A stretch of 64,000 bases of DNA. Origin: Eledone cirrhosa. Taxonomy: Eukaryota. This document shows, one piece after another, positions 46,275-60,333 of this stretch. Position 1 is the first letter of the stretch. Each line of letters begins with the position of its first letter. Made by a program: the position numbers and the translations under genes. The notes beneath the pieces are model-generated. The model searched no databases, had not been told where the DNA came from, and saw only the letters and a program-made list of their open reading frames with translations. Location: positions 248,930,001 through 248,994,000 of the forward strand of contig OZ024743.1 of the NCBI GenBank assembly GCA_964016885.1, read 5' to 3'.

Positions 46275-47750
46275 ATAGTTAGAGGAAATAATGTTTGAAA
46301 TATTTAATTTTCCTAACCAAGACTGTTTCAATAAAATGACTGGGTATCTTATTCTATAGAAGTGATTCTATTTCAAAGAATTTGTGTTTTATAGTTCATG
46401 GTATTGTCATCAGAATTACCAGTCTTGACCTTAGTTTCTACAGTTTAAGCAAAGGTATATGACCTTGTTGTTAGGGTGTTGGGCATACAATCATAAGGTT
46501 GTGGCTTTGATTCCCAGACTGAGTGGTATGTTGTGTCCGTCACCAAGGTACTTCATTTTACATTGCTTCAGCCCACTCAACTAAATTTGAGAGCCAGCGA
46601 AAGCAGCTGGAGGGTTAGCCCTGCGATGTACCGGCATCCTGTCCAGGGGTGAATCTTGTGCTCTTAGTCACATAATGCCTCATGAAACTCAGTTAAGCTT
46701 TGAGCTTTGTCCAACTTGTGCAAGTATGGAAGAATGGACGTAAATAGATGACTCTCTTTCTTTCTATATATATATATATATAGAGAGAGAGTTTAGAATG
46801 GTTTTTATTTATAAAATTCCTTATCAGACATTCTTTATTTTAAACTCTGTGTCCTTGTAATTTATTAATCATGTGGATATTATAGACAAACTTATTCTGC
46901 CAATGTACAACTGTGAGTGTTTGTCCAGTTGATTCTACCAGTTAACCGTCCATCATTATTACAGCACACTTTCAATTAAAATATTTCTGAGATGTTCAAC
47001 AATCGAAGTTTTTCTTTCATGTCATTTCATTTTTAACTTGATTAGCTTCTGACTGTAGCAGTTTACCTTTCAAAATCTCACATACTCTAACACACACACA
47101 CACAGATACACACACACACACATCTTCAAGTCTTCAACTATTTAAAACTAGATTGATGGACTTGGTTTCACTTTTGGTATATACATTATTTCTTTATTAC
47201 TCCCTGATATTATTTAGGGAAAACACAATTTCCACCAGTATTAAGGTTAATCTGTTACAGTGCAGGAATAGTTGTCCAGTTCAATCAGTTGGAATATATG
47301 TTGTTATATATTGGTAGAACATAGTGGCAGATCTACTAAGAAACTAATGCAGCTTAAGCTTCAAGGACCCTAATCTCGTTTAGGCCCCAAAAACAATTAT
47401 GAGATTCCTTCTGGCACCCTTTGGGTTATGAAAGGGCCCCATAATAGTTCAAGCTTCAAGGCCCCAAAAATGTAGGACTGCCACTGTTAGAGTATTGCAT
47501 TGAAATTCTGGTTGTAAGATTGACCAAAGCTTATTGCATAATCTCAAAACCCATTTATTCTTTTTAAATCAAGAATAAATCCATTTTTTTTTTTTTTTTT
47601 TTTGTTAGTTTCAAATAAATTATTTCAAACTTATTTTCTTTTTTTTAAATAAAACATTTATTATAAACTGATACAGAAGAATTTTTTGGTTACCTAATAT
47701 AAAGGAAAACTGTTTTGAGGTGTCTTTATGTTTATCTTTTTAAACAATTT

Positions 47751-47905
47751 GTAATGTGTACTGATAGTATATGTAATATGTACCAACAGTGTATATAGAT
47801 ACCAACAATATATGTAACATGTATGAACAGTCTATGTAATATGTACTGACAGTATATGTAATGTGTACCAACAGTCTATGTAATGTGTAATGTGTACCGA
47901 CAGTA
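47751..47905. repeat. Minisatellite with a unit of about 22 bp
   Basis: About seven units resembling atgtaatgtgtaccaacagtat. Confidence 0.75.
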
Positions 47906-48026
47906 TTTCATTTGGTAAGGGTAAAATCCGGAATCTGAGGAAGCAGGTGATGTTCTGCCTCAGCAACAATTAGTCAGTAGGAGAATTTGGTAAGTTCAAT
48001 TGCCTGGAGAGATATAGAATCTAATG

Positions 48027-48267
48027 CAGTGGTTCAAAACCTTTTCATTATGAAGTACTCCTTTTATTTAAAATAATTTTCCCGTAACTACTCCCCTCAC
48101 AGATAGTTAATAACAAATAGCAAGAATAACAATCAAGAAAAATGTGTGTACTTAGAGAAGATTGGATACCCAATGGTGTGTGTTTGTATGTTTTTAACAA
48201 AGTACTTGATATTTTGAAATTAGTTCAATGGCCCTCAGATCTGCAGACACCAAGTTGGGAACTACTG
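48027..48267. mobile_element. Old hAT-type MITE
   Basis: Imperfect TIRs cagtggttc / gaactactg; imperfect 8-bp TSD atctaatg / atctaaat. Confidence 0.55.
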
Positions 48268-51200
48268 ATCTAAATAAAGGCCTGATACCTTAGATTCTAC
48301 ACTCTTCACACCAACTGAACTTATTGTATATTGAGCTCTCCTGTTTTTATTTTGATGACTTGCTGTGCGAAGTATGAACCACTTGACTTATTTTTATTAC
48401 CAGACATTATTGGGTATTAATCATTTTCTGATAAACATTCTCCTGTGCAAAATCAAATATCAACATTACATCTTCATCCTCACCCCTCCCTCTTCTTCCA
48501 CACACACTCACTCATATATCTGGGTCAGGGGTTTCCAAACTAAGTTGTAACACTTTAGTGTGTCACCTGTATATCTCTAGGTATGTCATGAAATTGTCAG
48601 ATCTGATCAGTTTATATGTGGATTGAAATCTAACAACACTATACAATTAAACATGTGATATAATAGTTAATTGTTTATTTTGCTTGCAAATAAATCAAAT
48701 TATTATTATTATTTGATATAACCCATATTTACATTTAATTGTTTATTTATTAATTTTGTTATTTTCATATTGCTAACACTGAAAAATTTCATTTTTAAAA
48801 AGTGTAGTGCCAATGTACAAAGTTTAGAAAGCTCTGATCTAAATGAACTTTTTATTTTTTTTTATTTTATTTTTTTTTTTATTAACAAGTTATTTTAAAT
48901 ATATTTGTTAACATTAAAAATAAACAGTTAAATTACTGATACACATCATCTTTTGTCAATTTATGAATTTCATTTTTCATCTCATTTGTATTTTTATTAA
49001 AAATATATATTCTGTAAAGATTTAAGTTAATTATTTAAGACAAAAATTATATTTTCAGTAACATTCATACCAAGGATGTAGGGTTTGCCCTAATCCATTT
49101 ACTTTTTTTTTTTCATTATTTAATTTTTCTTTTCATCTTTTTCTTCTTTTTTCTGTCTTCCTGTTTATCATTTCAACCCTTCTTTAAATATATTACTTTC
49201 ATTATTGTTGACTAATAAATGAACACATCTTTTCAAAGACATTCTTTTTGTTTGTGAACATTTAAACAAATTTTAGTCCTTATAGCATGGCCAAGCCAAT
49301 CTTTCAGAGTCAGTAATATAGCCAAAAACACATGTAGTGTTATATTGGCCTAAAAAAATGTAATGCTCTTCTATTGTTTTTGACAATTAACCAAATGATT
49401 TTTACTATATAGTCAAAAAGATCATAGCACTAGAAATCTTAAGACATAACAATAATAATTGTTTCTACTTTTGACACAAGGCCAGCAATTATCCCAGTGC
49501 ATTATTGGTGCTTTATTTTATCGACCCCCGTAAGGATGAAAATAATAATATAATAATGGTTTAATGTGCAAATATTTATTTATTTTTACTAAGTCCATCT
49601 CTGATTTGTCTACAGAATAAGGAGCTTGTCAGATAGGGGCTTCATTGTTTGTTTGTCTTTGGTGGTGGTGGTGGGGCAGGGAAGCTGGGTTCAAATTAGT
49701 ATTATACATACATACCTCTAATAATGAAAGTTCAGCTAATATAATTTGAAGTATTGTAAAGCCAAAGGATTTCACTGTGAAACCCAACAGCTGTTTAGGA
49801 AATAAGAGAATAGTATCATAACTAGTGTTCATGTTTTGTTGCAAACTCTGTATTAAACCTCTGAGCAAAACTACTTAATTTTACTAGCCCTTCAAATCTG
49901 TTATGCAAAATTAATAGATTTATATTATTGAAAAGAATTTATATTATTATAATTGTTAATATTAATATGACTGATTTATAATTTATCGATCTAGTCTTCC
50001 ATCCATATAATTTAATTTTTTTAAATTTCTTCAGTTTTTTCAGTTTTCACTTATGAAGTTAACAGTATTTTATAATCAGGATCTAACATTATTAACATGA
50101 TGTATTTGTGTTTGGGAAAATATTTATTTAGTGAATATTTATACAAATTTCTTTTGAACGGTTTCATTTTGGGTACCAAGCTAATAAAAAACAAAGTCTG
50201 CTTTCTAAATAAATGCAAAATTGTTGATATTTTATTGTAATTTTTGTTTAGAGATCTGAAGAAACTGAAATGTTTTGGTTTATAAAACCTGACCTCAGTA
50301 AATAAAATACATGTGGTCTTATATTATATAACTGTAGGATATTTGACTTTCTTATATTAATTACATATGGAATAACATTGCTACATTTATATACCTATAG
50401 AATTAAAGGTTTCCATCCTCTTCCTAGTCTTAGAAGCCCTGATAAGGGTAATGGGAACTACTTTTCCTTTCATGACTAAACAGTATAACTAAAGAGTTAA
50501 AAATAAAATTGACTTAAAATCCTATACATATTGTACATCAGCTCACTCACCTTAGAGACTAAACGTTATGGAGATCACCCATCCTTCTTAAGCTGTCATC
50601 TCATTTATTTACCCTCTCTCACTACTGCTATAGGGAATCACACTTCCTATCTTACATCCTTGATATTGATGTTTGGCTACCATATAATACTTTCAGTTAA
50701 CATGCAGCTTTTTAAAAAATATGAAATAAAAGTATATGTGGTTGATCTACCAAACTTTGCTTTAGACTTGAAATGAGTACCTGTCCCTGCTAGAGGGAGG
50801 TTTGCCCTACAACAGACTGGTGGAAATTTTGTATTCACTGTCACTTAATGATTTGTGTGACCAGGATAAGCCCTGGCCCCCTTCAACCAGAGAATGAAAG
50901 AATGGATATAAAAACAGTGGTGTTCTCTCTATCTCTTTTTCTCATAATACTGTTTTCTTTGCTCTTTCTGTTCTATTTGTGTTGGTTTTTTTTTTTTTTT
51001 GTGGAGTGGAGGATGGTCTCTTAATGTTTTGCTCTTTCCAGAGATTTGTCAGTATTTATGTAAAGTGAAAAATTATTTTGTATATTCAGGAGCTGCTGAG
51101 AAAATGTTTTAATGTCAGTTACTTTGTACTGTGGTATATGTTGTACACTAATCTTGAATGGTATGTAGGTATGTTTGTGAGTGTTTTAGAGGTTTTGATA

Positions 51201-52780
51201 GCTAATTGCCATTATTTGGTATGAAACCTAACAGAACATGCTAGCATTGAACACCACAAAGACCCATCACACATACAAAACACTTGCCTAAATAGAATAT
51301 TCAATATAGCTTCCAGGATGATTGTTCATCTTGTCTATAGCTGTCACTTGCAATTGAGTATGGCTTGGTGGTATGAACCATGCTTTTACTAAGAGTATTA
51401 AGTGCCCATGTATTTGAGCAGGCACAAACACTCATAACCTTTTCTCTCTCCTTTAACCCAACAGAACATGTAGTATGATAATCAGCTAATTATTCAATGT
51501 TCAGTCAAATCCTATTCAATGTCATGCAGTGAGTATTCTCTAAGATTATTAAGACCAGCTTATGCTTATTGACAAGCTCTAGAGCAAACATGACAAACAA
51601 TGCTAAGCATCTCTAATGGATTGTTGGGTGTAGTTAACATACACACATGCAGACAGACATGAACATGGAAATACACTTGATCTCACAACAAAATGTCAGT
51701 AATAAACATATCAGGGAAGGGAGTGCTGATGTAATTATCAATACATCTTCCAGATAATATCAGCTGAAATCTGTGATCCTTCTGGAAAGTTTTTGCTCTC
51801 TCTCGCATCTTTTGAACTACCACCACCACCACCCCACATCACTATCATTGTGCAGGGAGGTACAATTAATACCATCCACATTTCATATAGTTCATATAAA
51901 AATACAAATGTACTTAAATGTTTTCAGAAAACCCATGGAGTAGTTGCTCTTTTAGATAAGAAAATACCCAAAAATGTTGTTGCTTTTTCTTTTGGTTCAT
52001 CTTATCCATATTTTGTAAGTTTTCTTTTTCTTTCTTTGGCCAAAGGAAGACATAGTTTCATTAATAAGCAATTTGGGTGCTGTTTTGTTTTTTTCTGTAT
52101 TTTTATTCTGTTGTTTCTGAATGTTCTGTAACTTATGTTTACAGATATGATGTACACTTGTTGCTATTTTGTGCAACTAACAAGATAATTTATATTCTTA
52201 ATGAATAACAGTCCATTTATTACTTCTGACAATGTTAAAACCCTATTGTTAACATTTTTTTTTTGTTTTTACAACAAACATACATACTTACATTGACATT
52301 TGTTATGCTTTTTTTATATTTAATGTATTTTATAAATGTGGCCGTCTTCTTATGCATATATATATAGAATAAACAGGACAAATTAACATTTTGGTAGATA
52401 TGTGAATAATTTTAAATCCTGGGCTAAGAACTGAAAAAATGTTTTTCTATGTCATACATCTTAACTTAATTTTCAAATACTGCTCTAAAATGTAGACATT
52501 TTTACCTGATCTTTGTAAACATAGGTTACTGATGTTTGAATTATAAATATAGGCCATTGACATTTAGATAATAAACAGGTGACTGATAAAGCAGTATAGT
52601 TTGATACATAAGAAATGTAGTTACATTGTACTGCCTTTCCTAAAACAATCATAAGTTAGAAATAGAAGAATGAAAATTAGTGTAAAGTGAGAAAAAAAAA
52701 AAGGACAATTTACTTCTACCTTACATTTCATGATATTTCAAGGATAAGACTCTTTTTCAAAAGATGGAAATAGTGTGCAT

Positions 52781-52781
52781 G

Positions 52782-52846
<65 letters not shown>

Positions 52847-52880
52847 CATATACACATACACACGTGCACACACATATGTA
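52781..52880. repeat. (TA)n/(CA)n microsatellite; others include (CT)n at 22702, (TG)n at 53802 and poly-T at 4683
   Basis: Read directly from the sequence. Confidence 0.9.
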
Positions 52881-53799
52881 TATGCAATAAACCATTAAAT
52901 TAATTTTTTTTTTTAATGTGACGCTTTGTATTCTATAGTAAAAGACAATTGATTCTTCAGAAATATCCAATTCTTGAAGTATTTTTACTTTCAGCTCTGT
53001 TTATTTTTCTTATGGAATATAAATCTAAACATTTCTCTTATATGAATGTCATATAAATACACAAACTTTTGTCTTTAGATGTGAATGCAATATATAAAAT
53101 CTACATTCGTTGTTCAGAGGTTTAAAGTCTTTATCTTAACATTTCAAACTTAGTGAAAACATATCTGTATAAACTTATTTCCACAGCACTTTCACAGGCT
53201 GCAATGCTTGGCCAGCTAAAGGTGAAGCAAGCCCCCATATAATGGCTATAACAAGGGTTTGGACAAACCACTTCACATAGCTCCAGTCTACTCAGCTGAA
53301 AATGAGTACCAGCAGCTGGGGTTTAAACCTACAATAGACTGGCATCCTGTCCAGGGCATCCTGTCTTGTACTCTGTCACTTAATATCAATGAAGCTGGAA
53401 TAAACTCCAGGTTTCAGACCTTTAACTTTAGACAATATCAAAAATTTTCTTTGTAACACACATTCTAAAGAAACTAATAATTCTTATGAATTATGAAAAC
53501 ATGATTCCATTCTAAAAAAACTAATAATTCTTATGAAATATGAAAACATGATTCCATAATACTCAGAATCCAAAGAACATTTTGAGAAATTATTTTCTTG
53601 GAATTTTTAATTGACAAGTGTTTTGAAATCTTACATCTTATCTTTAAGAGACAATTACCAAAAAAGGTTATATTTACACACTTTCTCTCCCCATCTCTAT
53701 AACTTTATCTCTGTATTCCTCTTTCTCTTTTCCCCCCTTCTCCATCTTTCTCTCACTATCTCTTTATACCTCTCTCTCTCTCTATATATATATACATAT

Positions 53800-53845
<46 letters not shown>

Positions 53846-54558
53846 CCCTAATTAATTTGTTGCATTGCATCTGAAAATATTTAAAATTCATCAAATTAAA
53901 AGAGTAACATTTCTTCTTACTGTTTTACTTCTTAAACAAATCTACCCATTTTTTTACTCTTAAATAAACAAACCTGTACCATTGTTTACAAAGTGCACAA
54001 CTCTATATCATATTGTTTCTCAGGTGACAGGATTGATTCATTGTTACTGATGTCAAATCTTCACTTATTTTTCAATAGAATTACATTTAACATTCTTGAA
54101 TTACCAGAGCAAATAGGATACAATATATTCTGTTTAAAATTGCTCTTTGCATTATATCAATTACACTATATTCTGTTTAATTAACCTTTTTGTGACCATG
54201 TTTCTAACAAAAATATATTGCATTTGTGTTCTAATTTTCAAAATAATCAAGAATAATGAGAGATTTAATGAAATAACTTACAATTTTATAATAAAATACA
54301 AATATTTAACTACTGAAATCTAATATCCTCTCTTGTGCAATGAGATTTCAGTCCAAGATTTAAATTTGAACACTTTAATAGAGGGTGTTTTTGGAAGCTT
54401 GGTGTTTAAAGGGTTAAACATATTCTGTTTAACTATTTTGATACCAACCAGCCCAAAACCACCTCTGGGTTTGTGAAATAAATCCATCCATTTTAAAGGG
54501 TTCCTATTTAAATTAAAATCTTTCAACATAATATAAGAACCTTTTTATGTTACAAATA

Positions 54559-54932
54559 TACTGTATATACTCGAATATAAGCCATCTCCCTAACCCCCCA
54601 TTTTATGTCTGAGAAATGGGCAAACATCCCATTTATAAGGTGAGGTGGCTAATTTTGTTTTGATGGCATGGTTTTAAAATTCTCATGAGTATAAAATATA
54701 TTTGAGGTTTTAATATTTTCAAGTGGGAAATATTTTCAATGGAATGCATAAAAAAACCCAGTGACGTAGCAAAAAAAAGTTTCATTGTAAGATAATTACT
54801 CCAGATATTTTAGCACCTTATTTACATAGAAATTGAAGTTGGTGAAAATAAGCCATCCCCATCAATTTTTTTTTTCTTTTTTTTTTTTTTTTTGTCACAT
54901 ATGTCTCAGCTTATATATGAGTGTATACAGTA
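54559..54932. mobile_element. Tc1/mariner-superfamily (Tc2-like) MITE; related copies at 36360..36522 and 57503..57708
   Basis: TA flanks; TIR ctgtatatactcgaatataagc / gcttatatatgagtgtatacag. Confidence 0.72.
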
Positions 54933-55837
54933 ATCTTAATGAAATACTAATTTTAGGTAATCCCTCCAAATTTTTCATTAATTATTTGAATATTGTGTAT
55001 TTCATTAGGAATATGGTCACAAAAGGGTTAAATAACTGTTCTCCCCAAAATAAAACCTGTGATAATAAAATATAAAATGTTATATCCTGCGTACACGCAT
55101 ACAAATACACAAATTTCCACAGGAGCGGAGGATCTTGTTCTTTATATCTTTAAATTTATATAACATTGTAATTTTACAACTTGAACCTTATATTTTAGGC
55201 CTCAAAACTAAAGTACTATATTTAATGGTATACAAGACCCACTTTTTTTTTGTTTTTGTTTTTTAATCAAAAATGGATTAAAAAATGCCTGGGCTTTATA
55301 TGTGAAGTTAAGTTACATTGCATGCTTACCTGTAATTACACATAGATATTTTCTTAACCTTTTTGATACCAACCTGCCTGAAACTGCCCCTGGTTGTATG
55401 AAGAAAAAAATGAAACATCTGTTTTAAAGTGTTTGTGTTTAAATTTAAATCTTCCATTATAGCTTTTTGTAAGTGACGTTTCATAAATTATGTTTTAAAC
55501 ACAAACTTGATAATGAGAAAGTTAGTTATATATATCTCACCTAAATTTTTTGATTTATTTTAGAAATTAATTTTAAAAAATCATAGGCAGTACATTTCAT
55601 TTGAAATATGGTAACAAAAGGGATAATCTGCCAATATATTTCATTAGAAATATTGTAATGAAATTGATAATATTCTCTGCTGAGGTGGAAGGTGTATTAT
55701 ATGCCCGTAGGTCCTATACACCATCAAATACAGTAATATTTATTTAGAAAACAGACAAAACAGTTAAAAATCTTTTTCACATTCAATAACAATAACATAC
55801 AACAACAAACCATGATAAATTGGTTTTTAATTTTATT

Positions 55838-56051
55838 TTAACCCTTTAGCATTTACATTATTCTATATATACTATTATGAGATAATTATGTGAGTCTTTA
55901 CTGTTAAAATATATGATATTGAATCTATGAGATGTTGATATTATTTATTTTGAAAACAATACCTTAACATCAGTATGAGCGACCGGTTTGAACGGAACGG
56001 GGGTGAGAGAATTCTGGCCGGATATGGCCAGTTTAAATGCTAAAGGGTTAA
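55838..56051. mobile_element. piggyBac-like MITE, second family
   Basis: TTAA flanks; perfect 14-bp TIR ccctttagcattta / taaatgctaaaggg. Confidence 0.85.
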
Positions 56052-59000
56052 AGTTGTCAAACTACTTAATGAACTGATGTTAGTCCAATTCCATTTTTTA
56101 CAGCCCACTTGAATTTTTACACTCCTTGTTTTTAATTCTCAATTTTAGAGGAGAAAACATATTCATTTTCTAATATCTTTTTTATCTTTTCTCCAACAAT
56201 TATAATTATCACTATAACTAAAAGCTTTAGTCTACTAAAACAAAGTACCAGAGAAATTGAAGTATTTATGTCTAAATATTCAATCTTCTAATTATCAGTA
56301 ATTAAATAAATTTCTCTGTATGCTTTGGAGAAGACATTACCTAGAAGTGAAGGTGTTAGGCTTACAAAGATAAGGCCATGAGTTTGATTCCCTGACTGGA
56401 CAGCATTGTTCTTTGAGCAAGATATTCCATTTCACATTGCTCTAGTCCACTCAGCTGAAAAAGGAAAAAAATGAGTACCAGAAGCAACTGAGTCAACACT
56501 GATTGACTGGCATCCCATTCAGATGTGAGTCTCATACTCTCAGTTGCTTAACATCAATGAAATTGGGATGAGCTCCTGGCTGGTAAGCCTCTGGGCCTGA
56601 GACAGACTTAAACTTTTAACTATGTGAATGCTTCAGATATGAATAAAAACTTAAAATGATGGTTATGATTTTATAAAGAATTACACTTATCTTAATTTCA
56701 AATCAACTTGGATATGATTTAAGTTAGGGTTTAAATTTTGCATGGATTTCATTGGTTTGGGTTCAATCTATGTCCAACAGCCCAAACTGATATTTCAGCT
56801 TTCTAATTTAGATTGGAAATTAAGTGGAATTATGTTTAAATCTCAACTAATGTGATTATATACTTTACAACTTTTGTTGTTGTTGTTGTTGTTTTCATAA
56901 AAGTTTTGAAAATTTTAAAGTTTTTGTTATGTTTTAACAAATTTTCTGCAAAATATTTGTTTAAATTTCATTGTATGTTTTTCTTTTTTCCAGATTAAAT
57001 AAATACTCAAGTTAGTCTTTCTTAAACCTAGGGGTTTGTCAAGCCAGAACTTATCCCAGTTTTATGTAGTGTTAAGTAACTGAGTGTACAAAACTTCTAG
57101 ATGGGACACCTGTCTGTTGATTGATTAGCCCCCCTCCCCCCACACACCAGTTTGCTGCTCATTTTACAACTGAGTGGACTGGAGTAATGTGAAATGATTT
57201 GCTCAGAAATGCAATATACCGCCCAATTTAGGAATCATAACCTTATGATCATGAGCAAATCCAGCACCTTAACCATTACGCTAAGGGATTTCATTTTTTT
57301 CTTTTTTTAAATGATACATTCTGAAATTTCTAATTTGTAGTATATCCAGTTTTTGCTGGAAGTAATTTGCTTTATTCTGTATATTCTAGAGCTGGGAAAA
57401 TAAGAACTGATATTAATGCCATTCCAATAAACATTGGTCATCATTAGGTGAAAAAAAAACAAGAATTACAAGGTGTCTCTTGCTGTTATTTACCTAAAAC
57501 TTACCATATATACTGAAATATAAGCCAAGGAATATGTGACCAAAACATTGACGGTAAAATGAGGTTGGAGGTGGCTTATATATGCCATCTAAACTGTTGA
57601 TTAGCTGCCTTGGCTTATAAATGGGGTTTGGATTTTTGCCCATTTCTCAGACATAAAAATGGGGTGGTGGTCTTATTTGGATCGGCTTATAATCGAGTAT
57701 ATACAGTAACTAAAATGAAACAAACATCAATTATTTGCTATGGTGTCTATTTACAGCTATGAAGATTCAATTAATGACATCATTGTTTTTACATCCACTT
57801 TTACATGATTATATGAGTTGGAAAAGACATTTTTGAGGTAGTCTTTCAGTGGCTAAATGCTCTTCCTGATGCCAATGCACATTCTAAGTATCATATGTAT
57901 GACTGATGTTTATCAAACCACTACATGACATAAACGTTATTGAATTAGATAGTGTTATGAAAACATCTCCACATTTCTCACACACACACACATATATATA
58001 TGATCAACTTCCTTGCAGTTTTCATCAACCAAATTCACTCACAAGGTTATAGCAGCTCTAGGACTGAAACTTAAATCACATGGTTTCAATGAAAACCTCT
58101 TTACTACACAACCATGATTGTACCTAGTTAGGCCTGCACCTTTTTCAAAGTTTACAGTTTTGCCATAGACATACTCAGAAAGGGTTATAGGATACAAGCC
58201 ATCAACTTTTCATATAAACTGGAATAGACTTCTATCAGTTTTGATGACAAGTAGTTCAGTTGTTCTACCAATAGAGCAGCCTGCGAATGAAATAAACATG
58301 TAATTGGTTGCGCATTTCACAGACATATGTAGCCTTAATGTAGTTCTAGGGTGATTCAGTATGACAGTGTGTGACAAGGCTGGCCCTTTGAATTACAAGT
58401 ACAGTCCATCCAACAGTTTTCATCTACTCAATTTCTCGTGTTGACCTGAGACTATGGTAAATGGCACTTGCCTAAGATGTCACACAGTGGGGATCGTACC
58501 CAAGACCTAGTGAGTGTGAAATGATCTTAACTAATCGACTATGCTATGTACTCATGTACATTAATACTTTCATGATCCCTCCACCAGCAACCCTTTCTTT
58601 CACTAAGTGTAATTTTAATGAGCATTTATTAGAGGTTTCCAAACTGTGTTGTGACACAATAGTGTCACCAATAATCTTTAGGTGTACCACAGTACTCTAT
58701 TGTGTAGTGTCACCAATAGTTTCTATATGTGTTGCAACACTTTAGTGTGTCACTCACAATACTCAACTTTCATTTTGGAGGTGAATATTACACTAGTTTC
58801 ACTTTCAACATGGTGTTTTGATTGAAATATGGCTTTCAAAAGAGTCAGAAAATGGTAAAAAATCATTACGTAATGGAATTGTGAAACAAGCTGTACTCTA
58901 CACAACACGTAAAACATTTTAAATATCAAACTGTTAATACTTCATAAATATATTTCAGAACTGCACCATCAAAATATGTTGATTAGCTTCCTCAACGTAT

Positions 59001-59464
59001 ACATGGGGTTTGGATTTTTGCCTAATTCTCAGACATAAAATAGGGTCCACTTATATTATTCGAGTATATACAGTAATTGCTTCAGTTTCAACACAGACCC
59101 AGATCAATACACTTGCCAAACAAGTACAACTCTGAAACAAAGAACATACATTTCAATTTAGCACGTTTTACTTTTTTTTATTTTTAAACTGCCTATGATG
59201 ATTCCTGCTTTCACATATAAACAGCTAATTTCTAGTAAAACAAACAGACATACAGGTGACTATCCTGGCCACCTTTGATGTGGTATATAATACGGAATAA
59301 AACTAGGCCGAGGAGACAAAACAACATGCTCAGACTGCTACACAACATTCCATACAGTAAACCAGTTTGTTGCAGTGCACAGTGTGATTCTCAGCTAAGC
59401 ATGGGTTTGCTATATTTTGAGGGCTAAATATGTGAATAACACCTATTCGTCTAACTAGACCTAG

Positions 59465-59578
59465 ATACACTTTTCACTTCTCTGACATTTGTATATTATT
59501 CTATGTACTATACATGCACCTTTGACGAGTTGTAGTGCACCTGAGCACTTTACACAATAATTTCATTATTATTATTAT
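59465..59578 (+). mobile_element. CR1 3' terminal fragment
   Basis: ctgacatttgtatattattctatgtac...gtgcacctgagcac...(ATT)n, as at 61060-61135. Confidence 0.8.
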
Positions 59579-59589
59579 AACAGCTCTCT

Positions 59590-59766
59590 ATAGGGCGGTG
59601 GATTGGCAGTATCAGTAGAGGGTCAGACGCCATGCTTTGACGCATAGAGTTACGCCCCTTTCCATTCTGAGTTCAAATCACGCCGAAGTTAACTTTGCCT
59701 TTCATCCTTACGGGGTCGATAAAATAAAGTACCAGTAATACTGGCCTTGTGCCAAAAGTAGAAACA
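59590..59766 (+). mobile_element. tRNA-derived SINE with a Meta-like central domain
   Basis: A-box-like tggcagtatcag, B-box-like gagttcaaatc, core gcctttcatccttacggggtcgataaaataaagtacc; 19-bp TSD attattataacagctctct (59571-59589, 59767-59785). Confidence 0.85.
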
Positions 59767-60333
59767 ATTATTATAACAGCTCTCTTTACTTTAGGAAACA
59801 CTAAGAAGTCTCCATCGCAACTATGATAGTTCATGTTCGATTCTGCTGCATGGCATCTTGGACAAGTGTCTTTTACCATAGCCTCAGGTGGACCCAATCC
59901 TTGAGAGGGAAATAGGTCACACAAGCTGTAGGAAAACCTGTTGGAGGGGCCACTACCCCTGTCTTTTGGTGCCAAATACTAAATCTGTCGCTTGGTTTAA
60001 CATTACCACCTAGCTCTTGCGTGCCTTTAATGGAGTCCTCTGTTGCAAACATTAGGTGAGAGACTGCCCTTGTCCTTTTATGGTAAACTAAATCTGTCAC
60101 CTGGGTTAACACTACCACCTGACTCCCGTGTGCTTTTAATGGAGTCCACTTTGTTGTAAGCATTCAAGCTAAGTCTTTAGTGAGAGGAGAAGTTTCTTCT
60201 GGAAATTGATTAAAAATAATACAAAAGATGACAGGCAAACGAGGATAGTGTCCTCGTTACACGGTCTTGGAGAAAGGGAAAGAAAAAAACAAAACGGGAT
60301 GAGCACGGCTGGAATACTTATCATAAGCCGGCA

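Noticed and set aside
59590-59690. tRNA gene
   Set aside because: It has A/B-box-like motifs but no cloverleaf, and continues into a SINE core with TSDs.
46300-60300. Additional minus-strand protein-coding gene between ANKRD27 and the DEX1-like gene
   Set aside because: Isolated splice-like motifs exist (e.g. near 53870, 53975, 55325), but I could not chain them into an open, recognisable frame. A lncRNA or long UTR cannot be excluded.
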